Of a stretch of DNA of 64,000 nt, positions 1-10,466 are shown piece by piece. Below the pieces are notes generated by a model that did no database searches, was not told the DNA's origin, and was given only the letters and a program-made list of their open reading frames with translations. Source of the stretch: Candidatus Chazhemtobacterium aquaticus (GTDB lineage Bacteria > Patescibacteriota > Microgenomatia > UBA1400 > Chazhemtobacteraceae). The DNA lies in NCBI RefSeq assembly GCF_009936135.1, contig NZ_CP047901.1, positions 695,927 through 759,926 of the forward strand, in the 5' to 3' direction. The translations under genes and the position numbers were made by a program. How positions within the stretch are numbered: position 1 is the stretch's first letter; each line of letters starts with the position of its first letter.

Positions 1-1
1 A

Positions 2-475
2 GCCTACCTATCTGGTGGACAAAATCAAGGATTTAACCAACAAGGCCAACTTGAACTTGGTCGTCAAGGCAACATCATTCCTGACATTGCCGAAATCATT
101 ATCGATATCCGGCCAGCCAATCAATCACTCACCGCCAAACAGGTTGTCAAACTTCTACGATCAGAGCTTGAAAAAAATGGGCTTAAGCTTATCCAAACCA
201 AGATTCGCCATGATTTAGGTGCATGGATAACCAAGAAACAGGATCTCTTAAAAGTTACCCGGTTGGTAAATAATCCCAAATTCATCAACCCCAACAATCG
301 AGGTTACGTAGATCTGCAAATGCTCTGGCAAACGTTTAACCAAATTGCTTGTACCACCTATGGACCTGGTGATCCTGCTTGCCCTCACCAGCCTAATGAA
401 TATGTTCCAATTAAAAATATTAACCAAGCCTCAAAATTTTATAAATTACTTATCAGTTCTCCTGATACAATCTAA
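2..475 (+). CDS. C-terminal fragment of an M42/M20-clan metallopeptidase (5' end outside window)
   Basis: Frame 2 is open from the window start to TAA at 473-475; the tail ...TTYGPGDPACPHQPNEYVPIKNI...KFYKLLI resembles the conserved C-terminal metal-ligand region of M42/M20 aminopeptidases. Confidence 0.45.
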   Translation, partial: AYLSGGQNQGFNQQGQLELGRQGNIIPDIAEIIIDIRPANQSLTAKQVVKLLRSELEKNGLKLIQTKIRHDLGAWITKKQDLLKVTRLVNNPKFINPNNRGYVDLQMLWQTFNQIACTTYGPGDPACPHQPNEYVPIKNINQASKFYKLLISSPDTI

Positions 476-477
476 AC

Positions 478-1698
478 ATGACCAACAACAATCTCAAAGC
501 CACTACTCTTAAAGGTTTCCGTGACTTTCCACCCAGCCAAGCTCTCCAAAGACAATGGCTAGAAAAGAAGATCCGCCGCATCTTTGAACTCTGGGGATAT
601 GATCCTATCGAAACTCCTACCCTTGAATCCCTAGGTCTATTCTCAGGTCAAATTGGTGAGGATGAAAAACTTTTCTTTTCCTTCGAGGATCAGGGAGGCC
701 GACAAGTCGCCCTTCGCTACGACCAAACCGTTCCCACCTGCCGCTTTGTTGGCCAAAACCGTCAACAACTAGCCTTCCCTTTCAAACGTTATCAAATCCA
801 ACCCGCCTTTAGAGCCGAAAAGCCACAGAAAGGCCGCTATCGCGAATTTCTCCAATGCGATGCCGATATCTTTGGTCTTGACTCCCCTCTTGCCGATGCA
901 GAGCTTATTGCCTTAAGTCTTGATATCTTCAGACGCCTTGGTTTCCCTAAGGCCAAAGTTCTTATCAACGACCGTCAACTCCTTAAGGATATCCCCTACC
1001 CCGCTATCGCCGCTATCGACAAATTGAACAAAATTGGACCATCCGGTGTTATCAAAGAAATGATTGGCAAAGGTATTAACGAAAACGACGCCAAGCAGTA
1101 TCTACAAACCATTCAAAATCTTAAGCCTAATCAAACCATTAACACCATTCTCGATTATCTAAAACAGCTTGGATTCCCCAGCGACTGGTATCAATTCGAC
1201 CCAACCATTGCTCGATCCTTCTCCTACTCCACAGGCCCAATCTGGGAAGTAGTTATTCCAGGATTTGATGGAGGCTCAGTTCTAGGCGGTGAGCGTTTTG
1301 ACAAATTAGTGCTAGATATTTCAGGGCAAGAAGTACCTGCCACCGGATTTGGTCTTGGTTTTGATCGCACTCTGGAAGCCGCCATTCAACTTGGCATAGC
1401 TCCTCAGTTTTCAACGCTATCCTCTGTTCTCATATCCCCTCTAGACTCTAATAGCTTGAGTTACTCACTTGCTGTCTCTCAACAACTAAGAGATGCTGGC
1501 ATCAACACAGAACTCTATCCAGACCCCAACACCAAAATACAAAAACAACTTAAATATGCCAACAAAAAAGGCATCCCCTTCGTTGCCATCATCGGCGACC
1601 AGGAGCTTAAAGACAAGACAGTCACTCTTAAAGATATGACCAAAGGTGCTCAAGAAACTCTATTAGTGTCTGAATTGGTGTCAAAGCTTTCTTCATAA
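478..1698 (+). CDS. hisS: histidyl-tRNA synthetase
   Basis: 406 aa; N-terminal TLKGFRDFPP and ALRYDQTVP motifs of class II HisRS. Confidence 0.85.
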   Translation: MTNNNLKATTLKGFRDFPPSQALQRQWLEKKIRRIFELWGYDPIETPTLESLGLFSGQIGEDEKLFFSFEDQGGRQVALRYDQTVPTCRFVGQNRQQLAFPFKRYQIQPAFRAEKPQKGRYREFLQCDADIFGLDSPLADAELIALSLDIFRRLGFPKAKVLINDRQLLKDIPYPAIAAIDKLNKIGPSGVIKEMIGKGINENDAKQYLQTIQNLKPNQTINTILDYLKQLGFPSDWYQFDPTIARSFSYSTGPIWEVVIPGFDGGSVLGGERFDKLVLDISGQEVPATGFGLGFDRTLEAAIQLGIAPQFSTLSSVLISPLDSNSLSYSLAVSQQLRDAGINTELYPDPNTKIQKQLKYANKKGIPFVAIIGDQELKDKTVTLKDMTKGAQETLLVSELVSKLSS

Positions 1699-2618
1699 TG
1701 GCAAAGTCGACTAAATCTAGATCTCTGGCTTATCTTGCTCTTCTGGGTAACGCTCTGCTTTGGGGTCTGGCTACTCCAATTGTCAAAAAGGGCTACTCTC
1801 AAGGCCTTGATCCATATCTCTTCCTCTTTGGCCGCATGTTTGTTGCCTTTCTTTTCTCTCTACCTCTAATAGCTATTCTTAAACGCTCTCCCGGGTTTGC
1901 CAAATCCTTCACCCCCAAAAACTTAATCAAAACCATTCCTCTTGAAATATTAGGCACTGTTATAACCCTAGTCCTCCTTTACGAAGGTCTCCGTCTCACC
2001 ACTGCGGTCGAAGCGTCCCTAATTACCATGGCCCTACCCATTTTTATCACCATTGGCGGTCTGATTTTTTTAAAGGAAATCATCACCACCAAAGAGTGGT
2101 TTGGACTAGCCCTTGCCTTACTGGGCACTTTCCTTCTAGTTATCAAGCCACTACTAACTCAAGAAATTAACGGGGATACCCTAGGCAATCTACTTGTACT
2201 CATCCAAAACCTGACTGCAGCCGCCTACTATCTACTTGCCAAAAAACACTACCAAAATCAAAACAAACTTGCCATTACTCATATCAGCTTCATTATCGGT
2301 TCAATTTGCTTTTTAGTGCCCTTTTTAGTTTTTAATCCAACTCCCATCAGTTCCATGCTTGCCCTTTTTTCACTCACCCAACCCTGGCCACTACTCGCCA
2401 TCCTCTATATGGCCATCCCCGGCTCTATCCTTGGCCTCACTCTCTACCTCTACGGCCAAGACAAAATCGAAGCCAGCGAAGCCTCTCTTTTTACCTACCT
2501 ACAACCAGCTTTTGCCATCCCCGCCTCTATCCTCCTTCTCTCAGAATCAATCTCGCTGCTTGAGCTTCTAGCCACAGGTATCATCATCACCGGAGTTATC
2601 ATTGCCGAAAAACATTAA
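1698..2618 (+). CDS. EamA/DMT-family membrane transporter
   Basis: 306 aa; about 10 predicted TM helices in two halves; ATGA overlap with hisS. Confidence 0.6.
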   Translation: MAKSTKSRSLAYLALLGNALLWGLATPIVKKGYSQGLDPYLFLFGRMFVAFLFSLPLIAILKRSPGFAKSFTPKNLIKTIPLEILGTVITLVLLYEGLRLTTAVEASLITMALPIFITIGGLIFLKEIITTKEWFGLALALLGTFLLVIKPLLTQEINGDTLGNLLVLIQNLTAAAYYLLAKKHYQNQNKLAITHISFIIGSICFLVPFLVFNPTPISSMLALFSLTQPWPLLAILYMAIPGSILGLTLYLYGQDKIEASEASLFTYLQPAFAIPASILLLSESISLLELLATGIIITGVIIAEKH

Positions 2619-2654
2619 GCCCAATTTATCGCCTAACATGGTATAATTCTCGTC

Positions 2655-2945
2655 ATGCAAACATCAATTCACCCAAAATACCATAACGACACCAAAGTAA
2701 CCTGCGCTTGTGGTAACAGCTTCACCACTGGCTCAACTCTTCCGGAAATTAAAGTCGAGATCTGCTCAGCTTGCCACCCCTTCTTCACTGGTGAAATGAG
2801 ATTTGTTGACGTTCAAGGTCGGGTCGAAAAATTCCAAGCCAAACAAAAAGCCGCTACCAGCTACACCAAGAAAAACAAGAAACGTTCAACTCCTACCACC
2901 TCTCAACCGACCAAGACTCTCAAGGAAATGCTTTCCGGCAACTAA
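2655..2945 (+). CDS. rpmE: 50S ribosomal protein L31
   Basis: [28 protein letters not shown] signature, with a K-rich C-terminal extension. Confidence 0.85.
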   Translation: MQTSIHPKYHNDTKVTCACGNSFTTGSTLPEIKVEICSACHPFFTGEMRFVDVQGRVEKFQAKQKAATSYTKKNKKRSTPTTSQPTKTLKEMLSGN

Positions 2946-2998
2946 CCACCTGTTCATATCTTCCCTTTATCCCCCACACTTTAAGGTAAACTGCTTCT

Positions 2999-3937
2999 AT
3001 GGACCACCAACTTGACTATCTCCAGAAACAAATTGATCAACTTGATCAGCAAATTGCCGATAACCAAAAACTTCTCCAAGACCCCACCCTCAAGGATCTG
3101 GCCTCAACTGAAATAACATCTCTAACTGAACAAAAGCAGTCTTTACTCCAAGCTCTAACAGAGCTAAAAAATAGTCTTAATCAAAAACAAAACTCCCCCA
3201 CCTCAAACTATGACAACAGTCCCGCCACCATTGAAATTAAAGGCGCCGCTGGTGGAGATGAGGCCAAAATCTTTGCCCAAGATCTCCAAGAAATGTACAC
3301 TCGTTTTGCCAACTCCTTAGGCTTCAAAGTCGAATCCATTGACGACGGTATCATCAAGATCTCCGGTAAAGCCAACCCTCCTTGGAAATTAGGCCCTTAC
3401 GCCACCTTTAAACACGAGGCAGGTGTTCATCGAGTTCAACGTGTTCCCAAAACCGAGTCCCAAGGCCGTATCCACACCTCTACCGCTACCGTCGCCGTTT
3501 TACCCCAAATCAAACCATCAGAGGTTGTCATCAAGGAGTCCGATCTAGAATGGCAATTTAGCCGAGCTGGCGGCCCAGGCGGCCAGAATGTCAACAAAGT
3601 CAGTACAGCTGTTAGACTAACCTACAAACCAACCGGAGAAGTCATCTCAGTCCGTGAAGAACGTTACCAACAGCGCAACCGCGACATTGCCCTAGAACTT
3701 CTTCGTCAACGACTCTGGCAAAGAGAACAAGACGAAAAACAAAAACAGCTTGAAACCACCAGATCCCAAGCCGTTGGTTCCGGTCAAAGAGCTGAAAAGA
3801 TAAGAACCTACAACTTCCCCCAAAACCGAGTTACTGATCACCGTCTCAATCAATCCTGGCACGATCTTGATCTAGTCATCCAAGGCAAACTCGACAAAAT
3901 CATCACCACCCTGCACCAACAACCACTCGAGTCGTAA
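2999..3937 (+). CDS. prfA: peptide chain release factor 1
   Basis: GGQ motif (GPGGQNVNK) and a PxT-type tripeptide (PKT); [15 protein letters not shown] block. Confidence 0.8.
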   Translation: MDHQLDYLQKQIDQLDQQIADNQKLLQDPTLKDLASTEITSLTEQKQSLLQALTELKNSLNQKQNSPTSNYDNSPATIEIKGAAGGDEAKIFAQDLQEMYTRFANSLGFKVESIDDGIIKISGKANPPWKLGPYATFKHEAGVHRVQRVPKTESQGRIHTSTATVAVLPQIKPSEVVIKESDLEWQFSRAGGPGGQNVNKVSTAVRLTYKPTGEVISVREERYQQRNRDIALELLRQRLWQREQDEKQKQLETTRSQAVGSGQRAEKIRTYNFPQNRVTDHRLNQSWHDLDLVIQGKLDKIITTLHQQPLES

Positions 3938-3985
3938 CTACCTCACTCATTCCCATTCCCTTACTTATCTCCTTCTTTTTTTCTT

Positions 3986-5158
3986 CTATTGATCAACCTG
4001 TTCCTTTAGTATTACCGCAAACTCCCTCATCTCACCCTCTCTCCACAGTTTCACACTTACCTGATCTCCTACCTTCTTGGTATTAATCACATTAGCCAAT
4101 CCTCCCCTAATCTCCCCCACCCTTTGTCCATCTACCTCGGTGATGATATCGCCAGGCTTAATTCCAGCTTCATCAGCACTTGAACCAGCCATCACGTCAA
4201 TTACATAAGCACCCTCAGTCACCTCATTAAGAATCGCTGTATCCTTACTAACCATTCTGTAACTCACCCCCAGCATTGGTCGACTAAATCTACCCGTCGC
4301 CTCAAAATTCTCCAAGCTTTCTCTAACTACGTTAATAGGCAGAGCAAAACCAATATTCTCACCGCTACTTGATACTGCCACATTTACACCAATCACCTGA
4401 CCCGCTGAGTTAAGCAACGGGCCACCAGAATTACCTGGGTTAATTGCCGCATCCGTCTGAATCACATTATCCAACTGTTCAAAGTCACTAAAACCATCTC
4501 CTGCCACAATTCCTCTGCCCAATCCAGACACCACACCAGTTGTCACTGTGTGTCTAAACTCACCCAAAGCCGTACCAATCGCAATCACAAACTGACCCAC
4601 CTTAAGCGAATCAGAATCACCCAACTCCAAGGTCTTCAGCTTATCCCCACCGGCAATTTGCAAAATAGCCAAGTCATTAATCGGATCACGATAAATCTTC
4701 TCCACCACATACTCTTCATCGTTGTAATCAATCACCTTGTAACTAGCCTGCGTGTCCGATACCACATGCTTGTTTGTCACCACCATTCCCCCTTCAACCA
4801 CGAAACCAGAGCCAATATCCTGCTCAATCACCTCAGTCTTACCACTATCCAACCCAAATCCAAAAAAACCAAATGGTGACTCTATTGGCTCTATTACCCG
4901 CTGCTCTCGCTCTACGGCTACTGTCACCACACCCACCGATGCCTTATCAGCCACATCAATTACCACTCCCTCCTCATTTAAGATCTTCTGTGTTACCAAG
5001 TTACTCTTCTCTGGCAAATGAAACCCACCTATACCCTCCCCAAGTAAATAATCCAAAGGCTTGATCACAAACACCCGATCAGCCACTGCTCCGCCAATGG
5101 CGCTAAACAACACCAATACCGAAACTGATAAACCCATTAAAAAAGACTTCATCTTCAC
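3986..5158 (-). CDS. HtrA/DegP-family serine protease with PDZ domain
   Basis: GNSGGPLLN catalytic-serine motif, signal/TM N-terminus, C-terminal PDZ-like region. Confidence 0.85.
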   Translation of the reverse strand: MKMKSFLMGLSVSVLVLFSAIGGAVADRVFVIKPLDYLLGEGIGGFHLPEKSNLVTQKILNEEGVVIDVADKASVGVVTVAVEREQRVIEPIESPFGFFGFGLDSGKTEVIEQDIGSGFVVEGGMVVTNKHVVSDTQASYKVIDYNDEEYVVEKIYRDPINDLAILQIAGGDKLKTLELGDSDSLKVGQFVIAIGTALGEFRHTVTTGVVSGLGRGIVAGDGFSDFEQLDNVIQTDAAINPGNSGGPLLNSAGQVIGVNVAVSSSGENIGFALPINVVRESLENFEATGRFSRPMLGVSYRMVSKDTAILNEVTEGAYVIDVMAGSSADEAGIKPGDIITEVDGQRVGEIRGGLANVINTKKVGDQVSVKLWREGEMREFAVILKEQVDQ

Positions 5159-5189
5159 TCCTTCATTAAATCTCTATCTGCCACAAATT

Positions 5190-6488
5190 TCAACCCTTAA
5201 GCACCTCAACCGCTTTAATAAGCTGCTCATCTACCTCCTCCTCACCTTCGGGTTGGAACACACTCTCAACCACTACATCAGGCTCAATTCCATCCAAATG
5301 AATATTATATCCACTTGGCAGTAACCATTTAGCTACAGTTACGTGCAAACCAGCTCCGCCAGGTAACTCCTGAGCCTCTTGCACTGTACCCTTACCAAAA
5401 GTGTGTTCACCAACTAGTTTTACCTTCAACTGGTCTCTTAAAGCTCCCGCCAAAATCTCACTGGCTGACGCTGAACCTCTGTTAACCAACACCACCAACG
5501 GCTCACCAATCAGCTTGCCTCTTCGACTCACACTATATTTCTCTGTTCTAAACTTACCCTGTTGTTGGACCACCACCCCAGATGATATAAACTCACTGGC
5601 CAAATCAATCGCTCCTTGTAAGTATCCCCCGGGATTATCTCTCACATCAACAACTACACCGCCCAGATTTGGCTTAGCCGATATCTCTCTTACTGCCTCT
5701 TCCCATTCCTCCAACGTCTTATCTCCAAATCTAACCACTCGCAGATGGGCAAATCTACCATTCTCATCTACCCTACCCTGATCATTCACGAAAGCCAACT
5801 CAACAGAAGGCACCACAATTGTGTCTCTAATTAATGTTACTTCTCGACTATCCACATCTCCCTCTGTATACAGTGTCAAAGTTATCGGTTTACCCTTTTC
5901 TCCCCGTATCGTCTGCACCGCCTCAGGCAAACTCATCCCATCTGTATCTATATCAATTCCCTGCTCCTCATCCTTAATATGCAGTATCAAATCACCCGCC
6001 TTTACTCCAGCTTTCTGTGCTGGTTGATCAGGTAAAGGCGCCATTACAGCTAAAGTTTTTTCAACATATCCAAGTTGAATTCCCACCCCTGCAAACTCAC
6101 CAGCCAAATCTTCCTTTGTCTGAGTATTCTCTTCTGGTGGCAAAAACACAGTATAAGGATCATCCAAGGCTGCCGTCATTCCCTTAATTGATCCATAAAC
6201 CATCTCCTGAGCATCTATTTTTTCGCTCTCCAAATAGCCTTGCTCAAGCCGCTCCCACACCTCCCAGAACAAATCAAAGTCTACCTGGCTTTTATCACCA
6301 GCCTTACCTATCACCGCCTCAAGTACCGACCCTCCTTCGTATGCCCTCGACTCCCCTGCTCTTACCCCCAACTGATATCCTCCAATACCTCCAAATGCTA
6401 GCAACAACAAAGCCACCAACAAAGCTCTCACTCTCATAAGGTTAGATGATGTTTCTTTAGAAGGTTTTTCCATAAGACAATTCCTCAT
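5190..6488 (-). CDS. S41 carboxyl-terminal processing peptidase
   Basis: VVDVRDNPGGYL (DxRxNxGG) tail-specific protease motif; PDZ region; N-terminal TM. Confidence 0.8.
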   Translation of the reverse strand: MRNCLMEKPSKETSSNLMRVRALLVALLLLAFGGIGGYQLGVRAGESRAYEGGSVLEAVIGKAGDKSQVDFDLFWEVWERLEQGYLESEKIDAQEMVYGSIKGMTAALDDPYTVFLPPEENTQTKEDLAGEFAGVGIQLGYVEKTLAVMAPLPDQPAQKAGVKAGDLILHIKDEEQGIDIDTDGMSLPEAVQTIRGEKGKPITLTLYTEGDVDSREVTLIRDTIVVPSVELAFVNDQGRVDENGRFAHLRVVRFGDKTLEEWEEAVREISAKPNLGGVVVDVRDNPGGYLQGAIDLASEFISSGVVVQQQGKFRTEKYSVSRRGKLIGEPLVVLVNRGSASASEILAGALRDQLKVKLVGEHTFGKGTVQEAQELPGGAGLHVTVAKWLLPSGYNIHLDGIEPDVVVESVFQPEGEEEVDEQLIKAVEVLKG

Positions 6489-6525
6489 TGTACGTAAACT
6501 CTAAAAACCAAACAACCCCAACCAT

Positions 6526-6912
6526 CTATTCCTCCACATCCCGCCTCTGCAACACAACTCCTCCATCTCCCCACATAAACTCAACCTCAGCAAAACCACC
6601 TGGATATACAAAGTTAAACTTACCTCCAGGGCCCAAATCCATAGTAATCTCCCTATCTAGCATATACGTTAATCTCACTACCTCCTCACTACTATTAACA
6701 AACAACACGTCCTGGCCAGCACTCACCCTCACTGGTACCGCGATTTCATCAGTCACTGCCACATCTATTTCTCCCACCGCCTCAATATCCACCACTGATT
6801 GTTGCGTTGGCACACCACTCTCCTCCTTTACCTTCTCAACACTTGGTACTCCACCAATCTGGCAACCAGACAAAAACACTCCCAACACAATCAATACCAT
6901 CAAATTCCTCAT
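6526..6912 (-). CDS. putative lipoprotein
   Basis: Signal peptide followed by a lipobox (LSGC). Confidence 0.45.
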   Translation of the reverse strand: MRNLMVLIVLGVFLSGCQIGGVPSVEKVKEESGVPTQQSVVDIEAVGEIDVAVTDEIAVPVRVSAGQDVLFVNSSEEVVRLTYMLDREITMDLGPGGKFNFVYPGGFAEVEFMWGDGGVVLQRRDVEE

Positions 6913-7178
6913 ATACCCAATCTATCATCTTCAACAACTCGATACTAGAGTTTATTCCAGTTATCTCTAGACACACATTTAGACGATACGAGAAAAACTC
7001 ACCTCACCGATCCGCAATACCACCAAAAAACCTCGTCGAGCATTGAGCATAGACGAGGCGTGAATACCAACATTGTATTACACAACACAAAATCCGTCAA
7101 TATCTTATAGGACAACAAAGAGGGTCTTTCCAATCAAGAAACGATACGAAGCGTTACAATAAACATACCCAGACAACG

Positions 7179-7823
7179 ATGAGCATTCGAAACAGAATCA
7201 GAAAAACCAAACATCTACGCAACCGCCATCTTATCTGCGTCCTCGAGAACCCAAACGACATCAAAAATGTCGCTACTGTAATCAGAAACCTTTCAGCTTT
7301 CGGCGTAGAAAAACTATATATCATCAGTGACAAAAAAGGGGTACCCTACAACCTAGAATCATCAAGGAAAAATAAATATCTTACTAGACTCAGCGTTGGT
7401 GCAAACAAATGGATATTCATCAAGCGTTTCACCACCACTGACGAATGTGCTCTTCACCTAAAAAAGAATCTATACACCAACGCTATCACCTCACCTCATC
7501 AAAAAGATGCCAATAACATCAATCTCTATGAGGGCACATTTACTCAAAAAAGGCTGGCAGTTTGGTTCGGTAACGAATCACACGGGATCTCAAAAAAGGC
7601 GATCAAGCATGCAGATATGTGTATTCAAGTTCCCATGAGAGGCGTAGTCGAAAGCCTAAACCTGGCTACTAGTACAGGGATTATCTTAAGCTTTATCAGC
7701 TATCAGCGACTAAAATTTATCTTCACACATAGCCAAAACCGCTTCAAACCTCAAGGTTTCGCCAAACTAATTACTCGTTCCTGGCACAATTTTTTAAATT
7801 GGCCCCACGATAACATTGCCTAA
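7179..7823 (+). CDS. SpoU/TrmH-family RNA 2'-O-methyltransferase
   Basis: LICVLENPNDIKNV and VWFGNESHGIS...VPMRGVVESLNLATSTGI motifs of the SPOUT methylase family. Confidence 0.65.
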   Translation: MSIRNRIRKTKHLRNRHLICVLENPNDIKNVATVIRNLSAFGVEKLYIISDKKGVPYNLESSRKNKYLTRLSVGANKWIFIKRFTTTDECALHLKKNLYTNAITSPHQKDANNINLYEGTFTQKRLAVWFGNESHGISKKAIKHADMCIQVPMRGVVESLNLATSTGIILSFISYQRLKFIFTHSQNRFKPQGFAKLITRSWHNFLNWPHDNIA

Positions 7824-7914
7824 CCACTACAGGTTTATACTAACACCCCCCTATTTGCTACAATCTAACCAAGCCCATTAGACAAAGGCACCCACATTAA
7901 AAAGGAGGTTGTCA

Positions 7915-8091
7915 TGCCCGACTCCAAGAATCGCCAGGCCAATCGAAAGGCCAGAAACGCTGGTAAAGAAGCTGGCTTGACCAATGAGCAACAAAGACAG
8001 CTTCACGAAGAGTTAGGAAAAATCCCCAACAAAGACGATCTCCCCTATCGTGAAATCGTCGAAATCGCTAGGGATATCAAGGCTAAGTAGC
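7915..8091 (+). CDS. small basic hypothetical protein (58 aa; missed by the 60-aa ORF track)
   Basis: Strong SD AAAGGAGG 5 nt upstream of ATG; MPDSKNRQANRKARNAGKEAGL... Confidence 0.5.
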
Positions 8092-8565
8092 CACCACCAG
8101 AAAATGTCTAATGGGCTACTACCTATGAAAAACAGGTCAAACATCCTCCAGCTGGCCGTAGGCAAAAAATGTTTTAGAGCATCCAGAAGCATTGGCTCAT
8201 GTCTACTTCTTGAGTTCGGCAAACAAATTCCATATCTTAATCACAAGAACCAAAAAAGGACAAAAGGAGAATATGGACTACTCATAGAAATGGGAGAGTG
8301 GATACTTTCTAAGCAAGATGCACAAATCCTCTCCTCTGAAAGTGACATTCAAAAAATCGACACAAACATCCACATTCTTGAAGACAAAGCCATCACCAAC
8401 ATCTCTCTTAATAAAAAGGGTGATCTAGAAATTTCTTTTGACACAGCTTACTCCTTACAAATCCCATTTAACTCAAGCGAGACAGACCTTTGGATCTTCT
8501 TTACCCCTTCCGTATCCTACTGGCTTGATCAGCGAGGACGTTGGCAGCAGGAAGAAAGAAAATAG
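8050..8565 (+). CDS. hypothetical protein (start uncertain; likely begins at an internal Met)
   Basis: Open frame of 171 aa overlapping the small ORF; no recognisable motifs. Confidence 0.3.
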   Translation: MKSSKSLGISRLSSHHQKMSNGLLPMKNRSNILQLAVGKKCFRASRSIGSCLLLEFGKQIPYLNHKNQKRTKGEYGLLIEMGEWILSKQDAQILSSESDIQKIDTNIHILEDKAITNISLNKKGDLEISFDTAYSLQIPFNSSETDLWIFFTPSVSYWLDQRGRWQQEERK

Positions 8566-8858
8566 ATACACCAAACATAGTCAGCCTATATATCCATAAC
8601 TACACCGCGGTGGTATATACTCATATTATGCCCTTAAACAAAAACGATCTCAGGCTAGTTCGTCAAGTAGTCAATGAGGTAATCGAAAAAATATACAAAA
8701 ACCTACCCACCAAAAACGAATTCTTCAATTCCATGGATCAGCTCATCACCGAGCTGAAAGCCAATCGTCAAGAACAAACCTTCATCGTTCACAGACTGAC
8801 CAACCACGAAAACCGAATCCAAAAAGTCGAAAAACACCTCTCACTTTCTACATCCTAA
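8541..8858 (+). CDS. hypothetical protein
   Basis: ORF only; likely start at MPLNKNDL. Confidence 0.35.
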   Translation: MAAGRKKIDTPNIVSLYIHNYTAVVYTHIMPLNKNDLRLVRQVVNEVIEKIYKNLPTKNEFFNSMDQLITELKANRQEQTFIVHRLTNHENRIQKVEKHLSLSTS

Positions 8859-8921
8859 TCACAAGCGATAGCCTCTTTCCCAACACCCAATCCACTGTTA
8901 CACCAGATTGTTTCCACCACA

Positions 8922-9071
8922 CTATCCCTCCACTTCCTGCCACCTCGTTATTGGCAATCTTACTCCATCAAAAGCTTCAATTACAAAGTCAGGCCTGAAG
9001 ATAAATAACTCACTTGGAGCTGTATTATCCACGTGTATAAATCGCGATACATTTCGGAATCTTCTTAACAA
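8922..9071 (-). pseudogene. C-terminal remnant (about 49 codons) of a paralog of the Cys-rich secreted protein gene at 10731-12449
   Basis: Minus-strand translation gives ...NTAPSELFIFRPDFVIEAFDGVRLPITRWQEVEG*, identical to the C-terminus of the 572-aa protein; an in-frame stop sits immediately upstream at 9072-9074. Confidence 0.7.
8936..9026. repeat. 91-bp direct repeat copy 1 (2 mismatches versus 10745-10835)
   Basis: cctgccacctcgttattggcaatcttactccatcaaaagc[t/c]tcaattacaaagtcaggcc[t/g]gaagataaataactcacttggagctgtatt. Confidence 0.9.
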
Positions 9072-10135
9072 TTAAAGAAGATTTAAAATGCCCAGTGACT
9101 ACCCTCATCTTAGATATTCATTTGATCGAAAGACTTGTCTGACATATCGTCGGGTAATGAAAACACTAGCCAGTTCACTTACCTTTGATACTTCTGATGT
9201 AGCTCGCTTCCGGCTCCATGTTCTGGAGCACTACTACAAGTATGGTCTTGTTCCAACCCTGGATGTCTTTGGGGTCAAGAAGAGTACTCTGTACGACTGG
9301 AAGAAGCGCTTTGAAGTCTCTGGCAAGAAACTCAACAGTCTGGTACCTGTCTCCACCAAACCAAAAGAACTCAGGAGAATGAACACAGACTGGAGACTAG
9401 TGGAGTTGATCAAGACCATGAGAAAAGAATATGGAAACGTTGGTGCCAATATACTAAAACCCTTTGTAGATGCTTTGGCGACAGACCTAAATATCCCCAC
9501 CATTAGCAAGACCACCATCACTAAGATCGTTAAGATACGAAGATTAACTTTTGAGACCAAAGTCAAGCTCAAAAAGAAGAGTAAACAACCACGGTTGCGA
9601 ACCAAAAGGTCTCCTAAAGTCACTTCTGCAGGATACGTTCAACTGGATTGTATTACCCTTTACATTAATCGCGAAAAACATTTGTTTGTGTGCTGTATTG
9701 ATGTCTTTACTAAGTTTGCTTTAGTGAGACGAGTTAAGTCCTTGTCGTCTCAATCAGCCAAACAAGTCTTGGTGACTTTTGAACAACTAACCAGTCACTC
9801 TGTCCACACTGTGCAAACAGACAATGGTAGTGAGTTTCTTGGAGTGTTTGACAGATATCTCGAAGACCAAGGTATCAAACACATCTTTACTTACCCCAGG
9901 TCTCCCAGAATCAATGGAGTGGTGGAGAGACTCAACAGAACTGTCCAAAAAGAGTTCATTAAAAGAAGTGATGAGATTTACTACAATACCAAAGCCTTTG
10001 ATGAAAAGCTGACAAAATGGTTACATTGGTACAATTACCAAAGACCACACTACGCACTTAAATATTTATCACCCGTTCAATTCATTAACACTCAGATTCC
10101 GAAAAGTGGGTGATCTATACACCACGATCCCCAAA
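9031..10135 (+). mobile_element. IS481-like insertion sequence (ends approximate)
   Basis: Single DDE transposase ORF; imperfect inverted ends around ..cacgtgtata.. (left) and ..tatacaccacg.. (right). Confidence 0.5.
9088..10113 (+). CDS. DDE transposase, rve integrase-core, IS481-like
   Basis: QLDCITLY...TDNGSEF...NGVVER catalytic triad context and HWYNYQRPHYAL..SP tail. Confidence 0.75.
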   Translation: MPSDYPHLRYSFDRKTCLTYRRVMKTLASSLTFDTSDVARFRLHVLEHYYKYGLVPTLDVFGVKKSTLYDWKKRFEVSGKKLNSLVPVSTKPKELRRMNTDWRLVELIKTMRKEYGNVGANILKPFVDALATDLNIPTISKTTITKIVKIRRLTFETKVKLKKKSKQPRLRTKRSPKVTSAGYVQLDCITLYINREKHLFVCCIDVFTKFALVRRVKSLSSQSAKQVLVTFEQLTSHSVHTVQTDNGSEFLGVFDRYLEDQGIKHIFTYPRSPRINGVVERLNRTVQKEFIKRSDEIYYNTKAFDEKLTKWLHWYNYQRPHYALKYLSPVQFINTQIPKSG

Positions 10136-10160
10136 ATTCAAAAATGTGTATAATCAAAGC

Positions 10161-10466
10161 ATGCCAAGACAAAGAATCCAATTCAACCTCCCTGTATCTA
10201 TCCTCAAAGAAGGTAAAGTTTTTGTCGCTTATTCACCCGCAATTGATATTTCCACAGTCGGCGAAACATTTGAAGAGGTACAACAGCGATTTGAGGAAGC
10301 CGCAAACATTTTTTTCGAGGAAACGATCGAACACCAAACTTTCGAAGAAGCTTTACTCGAATTAGGATGGCAGAAAGAGAACAAGCGTCTCGTACCCCCC
10401 ATCGTCATATCAAACCAAACAAAACTATTCTCCTTGAGTCACGACGCACCCACACCACATGCCTAG
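10161..10466 (+). CDS. hicB: HicB-family antitoxin (UPF0150/RNase H-like fold)
   Basis: FNLPVSILKEGKVFVAYSPAIDISTVGETFEEVQQRFEEA matches the HicB N-terminal domain; the frame is also open from GTG at 10110, overlapping the transposase stop. Confidence 0.6.
   Translation: MPRQRIQFNLPVSILKEGKVFVAYSPAIDISTVGETFEEVQQRFEEAANIFFEETIEHQTFEEALLELGWQKENKRLVPPIVISNQTKLFSLSHDAPTPHA

Noticed and set aside
4550-5064. Several 89-109 aa plus-strand ORFs inside htrA
   Set aside because: They are antisense shadow ORFs within a well-supported protease gene. The same applies to other listed ORFs antisense to dnaX, rseP, argS, topA, pbp2 and the Pro-rich gene.
7030-7060. Orphan hairpin and T-run on the minus strand upstream of spoU (possible sRNA terminator)
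   Set aside because: It is an isolated weak signal with no associated gene and cannot be supported from sequence alone.
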